NCBI GenBank assembly: GCA_032718475.1
Contig: JAUCBJ010008395.1
Location: forward strand, 1 to 64,000
DNA from: Nemertoderma westbladi
Lineage: Eukaryota > Animalia > Xenacoelomorpha
Reading direction: 5' to 3'
DNA: 64,000 nt
Shown here in pieces: positions 26,792 to 38,800 of this stretch; the stretch's first letter is position 1; every line of letters begins with the position of its first letter. Made by a program: the position numbers and the translations under genes. Under the pieces are notes generated by a model that saw nothing but the letters and a program-made list of their open reading frames with translations, had not been told where the DNA came from and did not search any database.

Positions 26792-27977
26792 ATATTGCTC
26801 TTCTACCTTATATTAAATAATACATATAGTAGCGTGATGTCCCTCTAACAGTAGCGTAAAACGCAAATAAATCTGTTAAACCTTTTGACCATCTGTAATT
26901 CTAGTCGATTAAGATATCGTGGCACACACCGATATACTTGAAAGACAAATTATAGAATCAGTGGTTAATGTCCCCAGACAGGTTCTGGAATAAATCGGTG
27001 CCCATCTTAAATATTAATTTAATATTTAGTAAAATCTGTAAAATTCAGATCCGTTAACAATTCTAGTCGATTAAGATATCGTAGCACTTACCGATACTCT
27101 TAAAAGGACAAAATTCCTAGAATCAAGGATCCAAGTCCCCAGACACGTTCTGGAATAAAATTGTGTCTATTTAATATTAAATAATAAAATTCACGGGAAT
27201 AAATTTAAATTCATATTTTTAAATGAATTTCATAAATTGTCATTTTGTACAATTTATAACATTCCCAAAATTCCATTAATTAATAGATCATGGGAGCGGA
27301 GATTCATCCTATTGAGTGTATTAGAGTGCGAGAATCTCCAACATATAGTCAATAGCCAATAAAATTAATAAAATCATGTATAAAGAGGATATTGACAATT
27401 AAAGAATTATTATTAAATAGCATTCCAGATCTGTATGCATGAGAATTACCCTAATTCTACAGCTAGCATTCCATAATGTCACCATAGCAACACCCACGCT
27501 AGAATTAGAAGCAAGTTAAGAGAACAATAGAAAGCTTGTCCCATTGCATAGCATAGAGAATACATAACACACTGTTAGTATCCAAGGATACACAGTAATA
27601 ACGTGACATTCTGGAATGCACTGACTAACGGACAAATGGCCTGTATGTGTACAATTGGTGACAGTTGTGTGGAATTTGTGCGTTTGTAGGTGAATGTTAC
27701 TGCTAAGGTGTGTTTACAGTAGCTAGTCGCAATTGTGAAAGTAGCCCAACTCTCCTATAGAAAGAACCTAAAGTGGATTCAAGCCTTTGTGACGGACAGT
27801 GGAGTGACTTGTGCCGGTTATCGTTGTCGTGCTGTTGCTACATGTTGGCGTAAACACCGCGACGACGGTACATCGGCGCTGAGAATCCCACTGTCTGGGG
27901 GCAAAGAGAGGTAGGCAGCGACGTCCGCTCGCCTAAACATAAACTCATTTCGATATTAACAAACTCAGATAGCAGAT

Positions 27978-29426
27978 ATGACGGAGTTGATAGAAGATGA
28001 TCTTGGTATCAGGGAGCGATATACTCTACCTTTACAAGCATTTGTGGATAGCTTGATACGCGGTGAAACCGATCCAACCATTACGGAGGACGATGGTCGT
28101 TATATCGAACCGCCGATGTCCCAAGAGCAACTTACGCGTGAATTGGACTATCGAAAATTCACCGCTCGCTATACGCATCGTAATGGTACGTATATGGACT
28201 TCCTAACTACCGGCCATCCTATCGATTTACATGATACGGACGATGTAGACACCGAAAGGGAAATGGTTCTATTTAAATATCATACCCAGCGGAGTCGTAA
28301 CGATAAACCGAGAATAGATCACGAAAATTATATTCGTAACAGACTGGGAAGACGAACCAATATGCCTAGAATCTGAGGAGATTCAGCCTATCGCGCCCGG
28401 AACAGCGACAACGATTACATCCTAGAATGGTATCAAGGTCCACAGTGTCTCACTGCGTACGATTATCGCCATGCCAACTATGTTTCTCGGCAACGTTGTC
28501 GGTTATGCGCATCGAGAGACCATGTTACGCCCATGGACACAAACGTCCGCTGTTCCTATTTCCACGAACGACCGGCGATGGAAATTTATTGCGCGTATTG
28601 CAGACTCAATAACTTGCATATTTTTGCGGTTTGCCCTCAATTTATGACTCAATGTCACCGTTGTCGGCTAAAGGGACACGCCAGTTTCGATTGCCCTTTT
28701 AATCACGATTTAGAAAGCGTAGATGAAATGATCACACTACGTTACATCAGAGCTTGGGAAGCGAACGCTGATTTACATTGTGATTCGCGCCATCGCTATT
28801 ATCCCGGACGCGCTTACGAAGGAGTTTATGCGTTCCATCCTTATCTATTCGCTTCGGTTGAACAGAAATCACGCATATCGAGTTACGAACTACTGAAGCG
28901 CGTCGGAGAATGTATCTCAACCAAGTTCGTACGCAAATTTCTCAGGAGTGTTAATCCTAGCGACCTTCATTCCTATAACTTAATCAATTATATCCGTCAG
29001 GATCCGGACTATGGAGACTTGTTTGTTAACTCACACCCCGAGTTACAGGAAGTATATCGACGGCCTTACGAATACCGAGCCCGCGAACGCGAGTTGGAAA
29101 GAACCATTAAACCCCGGAGGTTTCTAACTGCCTATGGTCCACCCACGGCCCTCGTTCAGACCACTCGTAAAGGACCCGTAAGAGCGGCTGTCTGGAAACG
29201 AGCTCTCAAAGCCGTTAGACCCCTCTCCCCTGACGTTGATGTCAATCAACCCGGTACTTCGACTGGCGGATACACCGACCATAATCCTACACCCTCTGAT
29301 GCAATCATATTGCACCCTTCACCCAGGAGTTATAGCCCTCCTTGTAAAGTGGCTCGCCCCAAGGAGAAAAGGACTCTGGCTAGCTTTAAGAAACTGCATA
29401 AACGCCGTCCGCGCAAGAAAGACTAA
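27978..29426 (+). CDS. Accessory ORF of element A (~482 codons, one in-frame TGA at 28374-28376): zinc-knuckle protein with a basic C-terminus
   Basis: ORFs 27978-28376 and 28533-29426 share a frame and the gap between them has no stop. Motifs CRLCASRDH..C, CAYCRLNNLHIFAVC, CHRCRLKGHASFDC; tail KKLHKRRPRKKD. Confidence 0.75.
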
Positions 29427-29504
29427 CTGTTTAGAGTATTTACGTATATTAGAAACTGTGATTTTGTATATTTTATAGACTCAAATCCCATTTTCTGGGA
29501 GCGG

Positions 29505-30763
29505 TGTAAAAGCTTCTGTGGGATATAACTGGCCCTTTTGCTTCGCAATCCAGTTTCCCCCCTAGGCGCTGGAATACTCTAAAAGGCTCTATAACTATAT
29601 ATATATTCCCCTCGCCCGCAAGGTACCGTTATAGGTGTTTTAACGGACATAAAAGTCATTCTGCTATATACGTGTTTTGGCGGACATGGTAAGGCAAAAA
29701 ACCTGCAATGCACCAAATACCTTTCACAGCTTAGCCGTGATGATTCATATTACGACATCTAACAGCTGGTTGCTGACATGGAAACAGCCATTGGCCACAT
29801 GGTTCTTTGTTTAGCTTAAGCCAATCAGAGCGATTTTTTCTGTCGACGTGTAGATATTCGGTCAATCATACTAGGAGTGTTCAGTCTTACTGTTTTTTGT
29901 GATACTGTTGTGTTGTTGCTATCTAGGCCAGGAACACCGGCTCTAGAGTCAACTCGTTCATACTTTAGAAGAAACATTAGTAGGCTTAAATTATAGAGCG
30001 TATAACTGTTATCAGTGCAGTCCGACTCAATCGGCACATACATTGTCATATCATATCTTAACCTACCGTCTTAATGCTTTTTACTGTTGTCATATTTTGT
30101 ATTAGTTGGTTGAATATTATTTGGAGAACATTTATAAAGAACCCAAATTTCCCAATTTTCTTGATACACTACAGGTTAGAGAGACGGGTTATATATAGCG
30201 ATTGCGACTTATATTATTGTGTATGTAGTGAATTTAATGCTATTTGATAAGCACTACATTGGTCCGTTGCTGTTCTCTCTATATATGATAAAATTCATTG
30301 ACGGTCGGCAAATTAGTGAGCAGTATTGTGTGTTACCGGTAGTGTGCATGATTGTGACTGATAACTAAGCATTTCCTAAAGAATGCGCCTCATACGTGAA
30401 TCATAAGCCTTACCGACTTACCGTTGTGATTAGTATAAGTCATATCTCTGTTTACTTAGATAGAGCGCCACGTCCTAAAGGAACTGTTAATATTTCCAGA
30501 AAGTGAATAATATTAGTCAGAAATTATTTATTAACGATCAATCGAATAATACAGTAAGCTTACACTGCAATAATAATCTAAGCCCTCAGAATCCAGCCCC
30601 CCGGGTATATCCAGCGGGTGAATGGACGCGCACTAGGCTGGCTTCTGCTAATGTTGTGTTTATTGGTATTAAATATTTGTCAACTTCTAAAGTATATTTA
30701 TAAACCAAAAGACATATAAATTTTGGCAGGTTAAACTGCTAAAGGTCTTCAAAAGCGCGTACA
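29505..30763 (+). repeat. 3' LTR of element A
   Basis: Direct repeat of 8712-9970, preceded by PPT GGGAGCGG. Confidence 0.97.
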
Positions 30764-31293
30764 CATGTATTTTAAAGACCTCAGGGGGAACACCATCTAC
30801 TCCACTGGCACGATTGGTCTTAATGCTCTTTGCAGCAGCCTTCACTTCTGCAAAGGAGATATCACCAATGGGAATATCTGGGAGTTCAGACTCAGACACT
30901 TTTACTTCTATAAAGTTATCAGGCAATACCCTGTCATTATTGAGGAGCTGTTCAAAGTGGGCCTTCCAACCATTGAGGCGATCGGCTGGTGATTCAGCCT
31001 TAACCTTGGTGGTTGGTTGGCTTTTCGACCAGCAAGCAAGTTGATCGATCTCCATGCCTGGGATGATTGCCTGCTGTCGTCAGCATCATTGATGGCATCA
31101 ACCTGTTGGTTTATTAGCTCCTGTAAATTAACAGAGTACTGCCTGTTCAGGGACCTAGATGCAGCCTTAACTACATTCTTGGCCGCTGTAGTCTGTTTGA
31201 GTCGGGACTCTTTCTGCGCCTTGTAGAGGTCATTTCGGCACTTCTGAATTTTGTTGTCAGTCCAGGGGGCCCGTTTCCTGTTTCGAGGGTATA
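30764..31293 (-). mobile_element. RTE-like LINE, middle segment between the two BEL insertions
   Basis: WKAHFEQLLN..ISFAEVKAAAKSIKTNRASGVDGVPPEVFK (pre-RT linker); joins in frame to the 7259-8711 segment. Confidence 0.92.
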
Positions 31294-32251
31294 TGTTAAA
31301 CTGGGATGGTAATAATGGGCCTCGCCCTGATTACTTTGTTTATTATCTGATAATAATTGACTGCCAATCTCTGTAGATAGTAGCTCCCACATTTCCTACT
31401 TTCTATTGGTACAGTACAAGGTGCTAATAGTTATGATCAGCTGTTCTGGCCCTACCATTGAATGCCTTGTAACGATAGTTAAGGAATTATTGCGGTCAGG
31501 TGGTACCTCAGCTTTCATGTAATAGTGTTGCTTTCATGTAGTCAGGTTGTACCTCTACATTGATAATACCGTACTAAACATATTTGAACTTATTTATATT
31601 TAGATATATTTCATATTTATATTCAGTCAGTGGCTACCTAGTACTCGCTGTGCTGTACGAGGCGACCCAGTCTTGCCTGGTGCTTTTCCTCAACCGAGCA
31701 GTTTACCGTCCGCGTGAGTTATCCGGTCGCGGTCACGGTCGGTGCGTCTGGATGGTTGGTGGCCCCCCTTGGCCCCAACGGCAACCACCGATAGCTCAAC
31801 AAACTCTATTTCATTCGGCCTTGCCTATTCGCCTGACATAACGGCATAGGGAGCCATACTTTCCTTTAACGTGTTATCTTTCACGATACAGATAACCCAC
31901 CTATTGGGTTTCTGGGATCATTATATTATGATATAAAGTACACCCTCAATCGTACTGATTGTCGGGCCTGTTTGTGTTGGTTATTATTGTGAACGGTGCT
32001 ACACAGCGGAGGCCAGTTAAACAAACAAAGTGAGTTTCAAACCACATTAATAGGTTTACCCTGCTTGGTGTCTTGTAGCTCTACCGTAAAGCCATAAGCT
32101 GCCCCCTTATGACCCTTTTGTGTAAGATAGTTTAAAATAAGTGTGCGAATGTCCCCTATCCACCCCGGAATTCGACCTGTCAGTCACGTCGTACCGAGAA
32201 AGTCGGGTGTCAGGTTCTTTATTAACTGTCTAACAGTCACCGACTTTGACA
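31294..32251 (+). repeat. 5' LTR of element B
   Basis: TGTTAAACT...CTTTGACA; direct repeat of 41496-42453. Confidence 0.97.
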
Positions 32252-32263
32252 TTAAAGGAAAGT
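32252..32263 (+). promoter_or_regulatory. Non-tRNA primer-binding site of element B (TTAAAGGAAAGT), complementary to LTR 31858-31869
   Basis: Abuts the LTR-terminal CA, has no TGG, and is the exact reverse complement of ACTTTCCTTTAA in the LTR. Confidence 0.7.
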
Positions 32264-32876
32264 TAGATTTTTCAATTAATACCAGTTACCTGTAATTGAT
32301 ATTAATTGGAGAAAGTGCGATCCTCATTCGCCACCTTTCTGTGTGGTCTGATTTTACTTACAGTACCTTTAAAGTGAGATATATATTAAAAAAAAATATA
32401 TAAGGGTTAATTTTTTACTGTTGCTGGTAATATCTAAGTTTATATATATACTGTACTGTTGTATATATGGTGTGTTTACATAGAGTAGATATACCGGTAG
32501 TATACATAATTAAATTGACTTGGGATTCCAATGATATTTGACTGTGGAATGTCTGCATACTGGCAACCTTAATAAAATTACACACCTTTGATTAAATTGA
32601 TAATTGGTTTAATTTCGTAAATTTAAATATATTGAAATTGGCCTAAAACGAATAGTTTTGTTTCCGCAGCGATTTGTTGCAGATATTGTTTACTATTTCG
32701 ACTTACTACTAACCGCTAACCGCTGTATAGTTTCTCATTTAAATTTAGGCTATAATGTAAAAGGTTGACCTGAAAAAATTGGTTATTAAAAAGATAAAGG
32801 CTAATTTATTTTATTTTACAGGCCTACATAATCAATTATTAATTTATATAAATAACAATTCCCACAAGTATTAAAT

Positions 32877-35800
32877 ATGAGTGATTATAGTAAAACTAGT
32901 CAAAGGTCAACCCAAAGTCAGCAAGTCCTAAGTCCACAGCGAACCAAACCAAAGGTTATACAGGATAAAGTACAAGGTGGCCTTGGGGCACCTCCCACAA
33001 GGAACGCAGCTCATGTTGGGGCTGCGGCCGTAGCCAATCAAAACTTACCTGAGATTTTGGTTAGCCTAGCTGCACTTGGTCTCGACGCTGCCTCTCTGGA
33101 AACAGAGGGTTGGCGCAGGGCACTTGGTGGGGTCATTGGCTACCGCAACCGCCGAGTCAATGAAATTATTGCCTTGCAAAGGGCATGGACTGATGAGACT
33201 CCTATTGATCTCCTACGGGGTTATGGCATCGAGATGGAGGAGATATTATCAAAAAGACGGCATCTCAGTGAAACCTTGCTTCGGTATGCTAAACTTACAA
33301 ACCGTGAGCCCATATGCTTATATGTACAAAAGGCAGATGCCGAATTTACTGTCATAATCAATAAATTTTTTAATGCTATGCCGGGAGGTCTATACCCACT
33401 TAAAGCAGCCAAGTCTTTGGGAGAGGTGGTGCCACCAGTAGTGGATGAAATCACTGGTAAAGTTGCTGATATGACAATTTGCTCACCAACCAATATATCA
33501 GTTGTACCTTATGTTACACCAGTAAGTCGTTCTGTTGATGTAGCTACTGAATTAGCAGCTGATAACACACTCTGTCCAAACGACAGTGTTTCCCAAATAC
33601 CCGTAGGTTCTCACTGCAGCAACTCCAGTTCTACCGTTCGAGCCTATCTGGAGGCTGAGCAGAAAAGGGATGAAGCACACAGGGAGAGAGTTAGGCGCCA
33701 TGCTGTAATGGAGCAGGAGGAAGCTCTCCTCAAAGCCGAGGCTGTTAGGCAACGCGCTATTAAAGAGCAAGAAGAACAAATCTCTCGCGTTGATACTGCT
33801 ATAATCAAAGCACAGGCCAAGCGGCGTGCCCAAGAAAAAATGGATGAAGCTGAAATGGAGATTGAGCAGCGTAAATCTCGTAGAATCATTGAGTATGGTT
33901 CAGGTGGAAGTGCGGGATCAGGTCTTTCACGGGGAACATTTCCGCTCCGAACCCCAGATCGACATCCACATGTAACATCTACACTCACTTCAACACAAAT
34001 CCCAGCGACTATGCCAGTGACATATAATAATTTGTCGCCACCTTTAGTGTCGGCTGTTAAGGCAGCCAATCCATCCATAACACCATTAAATCCAAAGGCA
34101 GTGCCTTTCCTGCCATTAAAACCATTACCAACTGGTCAATATCGGGTTCGAGAACCAAACCCAAACCATAGGCGAAGTATGCCTTCCTCTGCTGCCATAC
34201 CCATTCATCAAGATCCTGAAGCAGAGCGACAACCATTTGCCTCAGGTACTCGACCACCAATTGCGAGTAATCTTCCACAGGTAACCAAGAAATTTCCAGC
34301 TCAGGACATTCGGTATCTACCAGGAACTGCTTTAGGGTCAAATCCACATCGAGAATTCATGAACACTGACAATGGTCCTCCCATCCCACGATCACAAAAT
34401 CCAGTGTGGTATCCACATAATGCAAGAATGTCTGGGCCACCATATGGCTCGCAGCGACATCAATATCCAGAGGTATCCCGATATAATGATGTTGATCCAA
34501 TGGGATATCCAGAAATAGGGACTCAAAATCAAAATACCCAAAATATTGGACAATCACAATCTGGGCTTAACACTAGTCTAGAACAAGCCAGTATGCGAAT
34601 TTTGTCGCATACAGAAATCAATCGATTTCTACCATACACTAAATTTGTCACCTTCAAAGGTGACCCAGAACAATGGCCAGCCTTCTTACAGTACTTTACC
34701 ACAACTGTTCTTAGTAAAGGCTTGTCCTCTCAGGAAAATCTTAGCTTTTTGCTATCTGCAACTGCTGGGCCGCCCCACCTTGCAGTCACCCAACATATTG
34801 GAATCCCTGGGGGTTTTGAGAAGGCCTGGGCAAAACTTAAAAAACGCTATGGCAATCCGCGATGGCTTGCCAAAGAGTTATATCGCCAAGTTATTGAGTA
34901 TCCTGCTCTTAAAGGCCAGCAGGATATTACTCCATTTTTTGATACATTGGAGCGTATTGTAGCGCAATTAACAGCAATTGATCAAATAAATGAATTGGAT
35001 AACGCCCCAATTATAAGTACTATGGTCCAGAAACTAACTGGAGCATGTCAAGGTCGGTGGTTTAAGAATGTGAAACGTCTTGTATACCCCGAATCTGATC
35101 GTATTATGCCTCGTTCTGAGAATCTAAATGATTTTATGAAGTTTCTTGAATGGGAAGTTGATTTGGCTGAGTGCAGTGGTGCCCCAACAGCTGCTGCTAT
35201 AGATAAGGCAGCACGGAATCAACCTAGAACCGAATTACGGCCTTCTTATCGATGGCATCCAAAAAAGGCAGTTGAAGCAGCCTTTGCAGCCTCAGCAGCT
35301 GTAACTCCAGAAATTTATAATAAGTCAGCCGATGAGGAATCAGAAGAAACAACCTGTGCAGTAACAGACCGCAAATTGCCTTTACCAAGTAAATCAAAAT
35401 CCTCTAAACCAAAACTGTCATGTGAAAAACCCAAGTCAGTACCACCCGAATGCATCCGATGTAAAAATGGTAATCACCATATCTACCGCTGCGAAACATT
35501 TCACAAAGATGATGTTAAACAGCGCCGAGACTTTATATCAAAGTCTCGACTTTGTTATAATTGTCTTCGTTCAGGTCACACCACCACAGAGTGCCCTTCA
35601 GCACGAAATTGCAGAGCATGTGATAATCGCCATCATACCTTGATATGTCGAGACCCTAATGCTTCAACTGCTGTAGCTGTACTTACTGCAGAGTTGATTA
35701 CTGGATCAGATTCATCCTTTGTTGAAGATAGTCCAGGAGAGGTAGAAGCAGAGGCTGAGGCCTATATAGTTGAAATGGTAGACTCTCCATCCATTGCTAA

Positions 35801-38800
35801 ATCTTTCTTTATAGGAAAACGCAGTGTTAAAGAATATCCTATTCTTCCAGTTCGTGTCATGGGTCATGGCATTGAGCATCACTGCTTTGCTTTGCTAGAT
35901 ACTGGCAGTACTGCAACATTTTTAGATGAGTCTGTCTTTGACAAGATCTTCCCAGAATCAACTAGTCTTAGATTGACATTGCAAGGTATTTCAGGGGAAG
36001 AAGTCATGGGTACAAGAAAGGCATTTGGCTCCATTAGTTCTCTGGAGGGAAGCTGTACTGCTCGCCTCCCTCGTGTGCGAATGGTTCGCCTGAAGTTTGG
36101 TCAAGCTTGTGGTCAAGCATATGATTGGGCTTCAGACCCTTTTCCTGCAGAAGTTGGCTTGAAAGCACCAACTCTGCCTGATCCATCAGTTGTAATGATC
36201 ATTGGTGGTAATTGCTCAGAAATGCGTATTATATTAGAACAGCGCCCATCTAATCCTACTGCATATGGATGTCTAGCTACCCGAAGTCTACTGGGTTGGT
36301 ACTTTACAGGCCCCTCTCGACGAACTTGTATAGAACGCCAATGGCCAGTTGATGACATTGAATCAACAATGGCTGCTGATCGTGGTGATGCCTCTGCTGC
36401 ACTATGGGCACAGGAGGTTCCCCCCGGTGAGACCTCTGAGCTGCTTCTTCTTCAAGAAGAAGTATACCAAGAAGATGATGATACTGATGTACTATCTGAA
36501 ACTTCCTTTACCAACCTCATGGAAGAGTCTCTAAACATAATAAATACTGGTCTAGATCTTCTCTGTGATGAAGATAAATATGTACTTCAAGCTTTGGATC
36601 ATAGAGTTTCTGCCTGGATTGATGGTCTGAAATTGCAGCCCCATGATTTAGAGAAAGCTAGCTCTGTAGAAGAGCTCCGTGCCGCTGAAATACAAAGGAC
36701 TACACGACGTCTTCTCCCAGATGGCCATTATGAAATAGGCCTTCTCTGGCGAAAGCCTGAACCACGCCTCATTAATAATCGTCCACTTGCCTTAAGACGT
36801 CTAAATTCCCTTAAGAAACGTCTAATTGACAACCCTGAAGTAAATGTAATGTACCGCGCTGAAATGGACAAACTCTTAGCCAACGGATGGGCTATGCGTA
36901 TTCCAGATCACTTAATAGCACCAACTCCTCGAACTTATTACTTGCCTCATCATTTCGTTATAAATCCTAATAAGCCAGGTAAAGTTCGTGTTGTAAATGA
37001 TTGTGCTGCTGTATATCGTGGAATTTCTTTAAACAGTGAGATAATGAAAGGACCAAACTACCTTAGAAATATTGTAGGAATTCTTCTTCGATTTCGAATC
37101 TCAGCTATTGCTTACATTGCAGACATTGAAGCTATGTTCATGCAGGTCAGAGTTACTCCGGTAGACAGAGATTCCCTGAGGTATTTATGGTGGGAATCTG
37201 AAGACATGTCAGGGGATCCCATAGAATATCAAATGTGTTCTCAAGCATTTGGTATAATATCTTCTCCATCAAATGCTGGTAGCAGTGTTGTTGGTTGCGT
37301 TGCAGATAACCAAGACCTCACCGACTCACTGGGAGAGCCGTTTTACTCACCTGATGCTGCAAGTACATTACTTCGCGACATTTATATGGATGATATAATG
37401 AGTGCACAGCCAACAGTTGAACAGGCTATTATTGTTGCCCACCAGGTTCGTGACACTCTTGCACTAGGTGGTTTCAATCTTTTGAAGTTTGCAAGTAATA
37501 GTTCTAAGTTCTTAAAGTCTTTCAGTCCTGAGCTTCGCCAGGATGCTACTGTAGAACTTGGTATTGACCCACTTCCTGTAACGAAAGCTCTAGGCATTCT
37601 TTGGGATCCTACAAAAGACAACCTGTTCTTTAAGGTTAAGTCCTTTACCGATGGACCTCGGACAAAGAAGTCTTGCCTCTCTATACTAGCAACGACATTT
37701 GATCCTCTAGGATTGATTGCACCAGTCATTATGGCTGGGAAAATTCTTTTAAAGGATATCTGGGCTCATGGCTTAGATTGGGATGATCCTCTTCCTGGTC
37801 ACCTCTTAGCACAATGGTATAAATGGGAAACAGCCTTACACTATTTAGACACTATGCTCCTGCCACGTCAGTATTTGCCTGATCTTCAGCCTACCTCATC
37901 TGTGGCATTCCATATCTTCAGTGATGCAAGCAGTTTAGGCATGGGAGCGGTTGCATATCTTTGTTGGGATGATGAACAGAATATTGGTACTGCATTGTTA
38001 GGCAGCAAAACTCATATCATGCCTACGAAAGGACTAACCATACCCAGAGCAGAATTGCAAGCTGCAGTATATGCCGTTGAATTAGCTAGAACTCTACATA
38101 AAGAACTCATATGGCCTGAGGCCAAAATTACATTCTGGACAGATGCTTCTTTAGTTCTGCAGTACTTACATAACGAGACTACTCAGTTTGTAGTTTATGT
38201 TGCAAACCGAGTTCAAGCTATTCTCTCATTCACCACTGTGGCTCAGTGGAGACATGTACCAGGTGATCAAAACCATGCCGATTCCGCATCGCGTGGTTTA
38301 ATTTGTGACAAATTCTTAGACTGTAAACTTTGGTTCGATGGGCCAGAATTCTTACAACAAGGACCAGAGTACTGGCCTCCTCCCCTATCTGACACTACAC
38401 TCGGGAAGGGAGCGGAACTCAAGGTGAAGCCTCTGATATTGGCTGTTCCAGACTTCGATTCTGCATTACAAATTAAGGTTTCAAGCCTTAGTAATCTGCT
38501 GCGGATTGTAGTACCTTCAACTGGTAATGAAACCTTTCCTGATACTACAAAAAATGTTAGTCCCCTATTACTTGATCTTATACAGCATTATCGATCCTTT
38601 AATAGAGCTGCAAGGGCTATTACATGGATTAAACGTTTTATTCATTGGTATTTTGGTGGAAAACCAAAGTTAACACCCAATAAATTACCAAATATGGTTC
38701 CTCTGAAAGAACCAAATGCTGAAGACAATTCCATCCTTGAAGATACAAACAAGTGTAAAAAGCACAGAGTTTCAGAAGTGCTACTCACTTTACGTTCCTC

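Larger units (their letters stand above)
8712..30763 (+). mobile_element. BEL/Pao LTR retrotransposon 'A', with a nested inverted A-family copy and an internal inversion
   Basis: 1259-bp TG..CA LTRs at 8712-9970 and 29505-30763 (two mismatches noticed by eye). TSD CATGT at 8707-8711 and 30764-30768. PPT GGGAGCGG at 29497-29504. BEL-type polyprotein. Confidence 0.95.

Noticed and set aside
28533-29426. env gene
   Set aside because: No signal peptide, fusion peptide or transmembrane anchor; the protein is hydrophilic, with Cys/His knuckles and a basic tail.
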